Origin: Nostoc sp.
Lineage (GTDB): Bacteria > Cyanobacteriota > Cyanobacteriia > Cyanobacteriales > Nostocaceae
Length of the DNA stretch: 64,000 nucleotides
Direction: 5' to 3'
NCBI GenBank assembly: GCA_036918135.1
Contig: JBALDB010000008.1
Coordinates: forward strand, 1 to 64,000
How positions within the stretch are numbered: position 1 is the stretch's first letter; each line of letters starts with the position of its first letter. A model generated the notes under the pieces. That model saw only the letters and a list, made by a program, of their open reading frames with translations. It was not told the origin of the DNA and made no database searches. A program made the translations under genes and the position numbers. Of the stretch, positions 61,611 to 64,000 are shown one piece after another.

Positions 61611-61754
61611 TTCCAGATTTATAGAAATTTCTATAAAAATAATCAGTAAAATGATTTTGTATTACTAAAGAATTTGTAGCTTCTTTCTTAAGTAATAAAT
61701 TTTTTCTGTGCTTGCTGTTTAACTTTTGACTTACGTCCAAGGACATTAGTTACC

Positions 61755-62468
61755 CTAACTACGAAAGACTTGGCGAAAACCAAAATAGGCGATCGCGTCT
61801 TTCATATTTGAGACAAAACGTTTTAACATACCCATGTGGGTGTCAGTGACGTACTCCAAAGTCAAGACAATCCGCTGTTCATTGTTACCTAAAGGAGTAA
61901 CTCTGTGGTAAAGTTTATCACCGTTAAATAATACTAGAGTACCAGGGGTTAAGGAAAGCGATCGCATTTGCGTCTCTCGTTCGGGAATATCCTTGTAGAG
62001 TTGATATTCCAGCTTACTTGATGAATTATCAACTAAACCAAGCAACACTGTATAGCGTTTTCCATCATAGTAAGAGGTATCGTAGTGATACTGGATATGG
62101 TCTCCAGGCTCAGTATAGTAGTACAGCGCGTAAGTATGGGGATCGGTATCAGGACAGGGCAGGAGTTTTTCAGCCGTAATTTCGTTGAGAAACTGGAAAA
62201 AGGTATTTAGTTGATAAAACTCTCCAAAAATCGGCGCTAGATTATCCAAACTATAGCGGCTAATACTACCGCCTTTTTTATGATTGGGAATATAGTTGCG
62301 ATTGATAGCAGGTTGCAGGGATGGTAACAAACTCAAAAACTGATTGAGGATGGAATTAGGAAGAAAGTTTTCTAGCACTAAAAATTCATTCTGTGCTTGA
62401 AACTCAGCTTTAAGTTTTTGATAATCAATAGCTGCTATAGCTCGATAAATTTCAGTTTGAATCTCCAT
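61755..62468 (-). CDS. 2OG-Fe(II) oxygenase
   Basis: HYD...LYHRVTP...RIVL facial triad and 2OG-binding Arg. Confidence 0.88.
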   Translation of the reverse strand: MEIQTEIYRAIAAIDYQKLKAEFQAQNEFLVLENFLPNSILNQFLSLLPSLQPAINRNYIPNHKKGGSISRYSLDNLAPIFGEFYQLNTFFQFLNEITAEKLLPCPDTDPHTYALYYYTEPGDHIQYHYDTSYYDGKRYTVLLGLVDNSSSKLEYQLYKDIPERETQMRSLSLTPGTLVLFNGDKLYHRVTPLGNNEQRIVLTLEYVTDTHMGMLKRFVSNMKDAIAYFGFRQVFRS

Positions 62469-62620
62469 TAATCAGCAAGTCAATTGTTAAAAGAATAAAT
62501 GCCCCATACTCCTTAGGAGTGCTGATTCACCGTTCGCCCTCAAGAGAAGTTCATCCCGGCAAAAGCCACCCTCGTGACTTCTCGCTAAGTGATAAGTGAA
62601 TATTATCCCTGCTTCCTGCC

Positions 62621-62711
62621 TTGAAAAAGGGTGTGGGGTGTGGGGTGTAGGGGATATTCCTTTTTCATGCATGGCGGTGAAACTTGTTTCATCGGGACTG
62701 CCTTATACCCC
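62621..62711. repeat. Dispersed repeat family copy 3
   Basis: Same heptamers and 29-bp core as copies 1 and 2. Confidence 0.85.
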
Positions 62712-62737
62712 ATTATTCCATACCTAATGCCACACTA

Positions 62738-63343
62738 CTAATTTGCTTGAGACTCTCGGAGTGCAAAAAATTGCCAAATTACCCATACTGCAAATATTGG
62801 CGCACCAATAGTAGCTGCAATTAGTAATGGCTCTAGTCCATCGAGTAAGCTGATTATAGGAAACAAATACAGCACATCTTCAATGTCAAAGCCGGCAAAA
62901 TTCGGTTGACGGATGGCCTCTTTACCTAAACGCTGTTCCATTTCGTTTCGTAAATGGAAGATGCAAGCAACAGACACGCCAGATACTATCCCCATAACCA
63001 ACGCCCACGAACCAAGTTCACCTCCCCTCAGACCATACCCAATACCTATAAATAAGAGAATGTGGATAACAGCATCACTAAAAAGGTCGTACTGATGTCC
63101 CCATTTGCTGCTTTTCCCACTCAAACGGGCTAATTCACCATCTGTATGATCCAAAAAGTTGGATAAAACAAACAGCACTGCTCCAATGTTAGCCCAGATA
63201 TCATCGCCAACCGCCAATGCGACAGCCGCCGCCAACCCTGTTACAAGTCGGACTGTGGTGAGATGATTGGGATTTACCCAACTGTCTTTTAGAGGTTGAA
63301 CTAGCCAGTTAGCAAGTTGAGCATCCCAAGGCTTTGCGGTCAT
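62738..63343 (-). CDS. CDP-alcohol phosphatidyltransferase family protein
   Basis: PNHLT...DHTDGELAR...SKWGHQYDLFSD signature. Confidence 0.92.
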   Translation of the reverse strand: MTAKPWDAQLANWLVQPLKDSWVNPNHLTTVRLVTGLAAAVALAVGDDIWANIGAVLFVLSNFLDHTDGELARLSGKSSKWGHQYDLFSDAVIHILLFIGIGYGLRGGELGSWALVMGIVSGVSVACIFHLRNEMEQRLGKEAIRQPNFAGFDIEDVLYLFPIISLLDGLEPLLIAATIGAPIFAVWVIWQFFALRESQAN

Positions 63344-63544
63344 AGATAAACTTGAGTTTAATGTGGTCTTTGAATATCTATAACATTGTAAGTATCACAT
63401 CTGCCTCAAGATATAGATTTTGTTTAAAAATTATTATAAATGGGCAAGGAACTATAGGAGAAGTCCAGTAAGTTTTTCCTTGTGCCTCCTCATGCCCTAT
63501 TTCAAAAGTCGGTTTGCATAAAACTACTCCTAATAGCAGTTTTA

Positions 63545-63700
63545 CTACTTCTGTAATTGACAGCTTCGGGTAGAAGACTTTTGAAGATAGGTATCAAACC
63601 CAAATGCCAGGGCTTCTTCAGAGGAATTATCTTCAGTTCTGCCAGTAAAAGCAATTGCCGGAATTCTTCTTTTTTGTGGATGCCTAAGTGTTCTGTGACT
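63545..63700 (-). pseudogene. Response-regulator receiver C-terminal fragment
   Basis: IPAIAFTG...ALAFGFDTYLQK; 5' part replaced by a MITE. Confidence 0.6.
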
Positions 63701-63705
63701 TTTGA

Positions 63706-63796
63706 GAGACTGAAAAATCAAAAAATGCACCACTGTTGACAGTCAACGGTCAACTGTCAGCAACTCCAGACAGCATAATTTATTTCTTGCAGTTCC
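63706..63796. mobile_element. Divergent copy of the 99-bp MITE family
   Basis: ...AAAAAATGCACC...GCATAATTTATTTCTTGCAGTTCC end, like 22282 and 43525. Confidence 0.6.
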
Positions 63797-63803
63797 TTTA
63801 AAG

Positions 63804-64000
63804 TTAGCTACGAACCTTGGTGAGGATTTTTTGGGAATAAAACGAAGCTGATTCTTCATTTTTGGCGCAATCTTGGGCAAACTTAATCAGATGATGCCCT
63901 ACAAGTCCAACGTGAATCAAGTTCTCAATCTCACCTGCTTTCAGTGCTGGCTTGGCCATTTTCCAGAAAGTTTGACGATAGTTACTAAATATACCTATCT
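63804..64000 (-). CDS. hpnP: 3' end of a B12-dependent radical SAM enzyme, probably hopanoid C-2 methylase (partial)
   Basis: IGIFSNYRQTFWKMAKPALKAGEIENLIHVGLVGHHLIKFAQDCAKNEESASFYSQK matches the HpnP C-terminus as I remember it. Confidence 0.7.
   Translation of the reverse strand, partial: IGIFSNYRQTFWKMAKPALKAGEIENLIHVGLVGHHLIKFAQDCAKNEESASFYSQKILTKVRS

Overview
A 64-kb chromosomal window from a filamentous, probably heterocyst-forming cyanobacterium (Nostoc-like). The assignment rests on dense HIP1 octamers (GCGATCGC), heptamer tandem repeats, XisH/XisI, devBCA remnants and RTX proteins. Housekeeping genes (xth, ahcY, an MscS channel, nblS/hik33, purD, a GH13 enzyme, the 3' end of hpnP) alternate with accessory blocks full of IS remnants (IS5, IS66, IS630, IS701), MITEs and 21-69-bp insertions, most at HIP1 or HIP1-like sites. 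The most interesting loci are: (1) an operon-like module of a sigma-70-like factor, a sigma-region-2-like ORF, a DUF1822 protein and a CHAT (caspase-like) protease fused through a TM helix to a periplasmic amino-acid-binding domain, lying upstream of a serralysin-type protease (35.0-42.9 kb); (2) an APH-family kinase plus HopA1-like lyase pair, the split dehydratase of class V lanthipeptide/thioamitide RiPPs, with an unannotated 17-aa Ser/Thr/Cys-rich ORF upstream (25.0-28.2 kb); (3) an apparent in-frame 186-bp insertion at a HIP1 site inside the MscS signal peptide; (4) a decayed defence islet (HerA-like N-terminus joined to a DruA-like C-terminus, plus XisH/XisI) between purD and nblS; (5) a branched-chain keto-acid cluster (ilvD pseudogene, keto-acid decarboxylase, short LeuA-like). 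I recognised no rRNA, tRNA or CRISPR array. All family assignments come from motif recognition by eye, not database searches.
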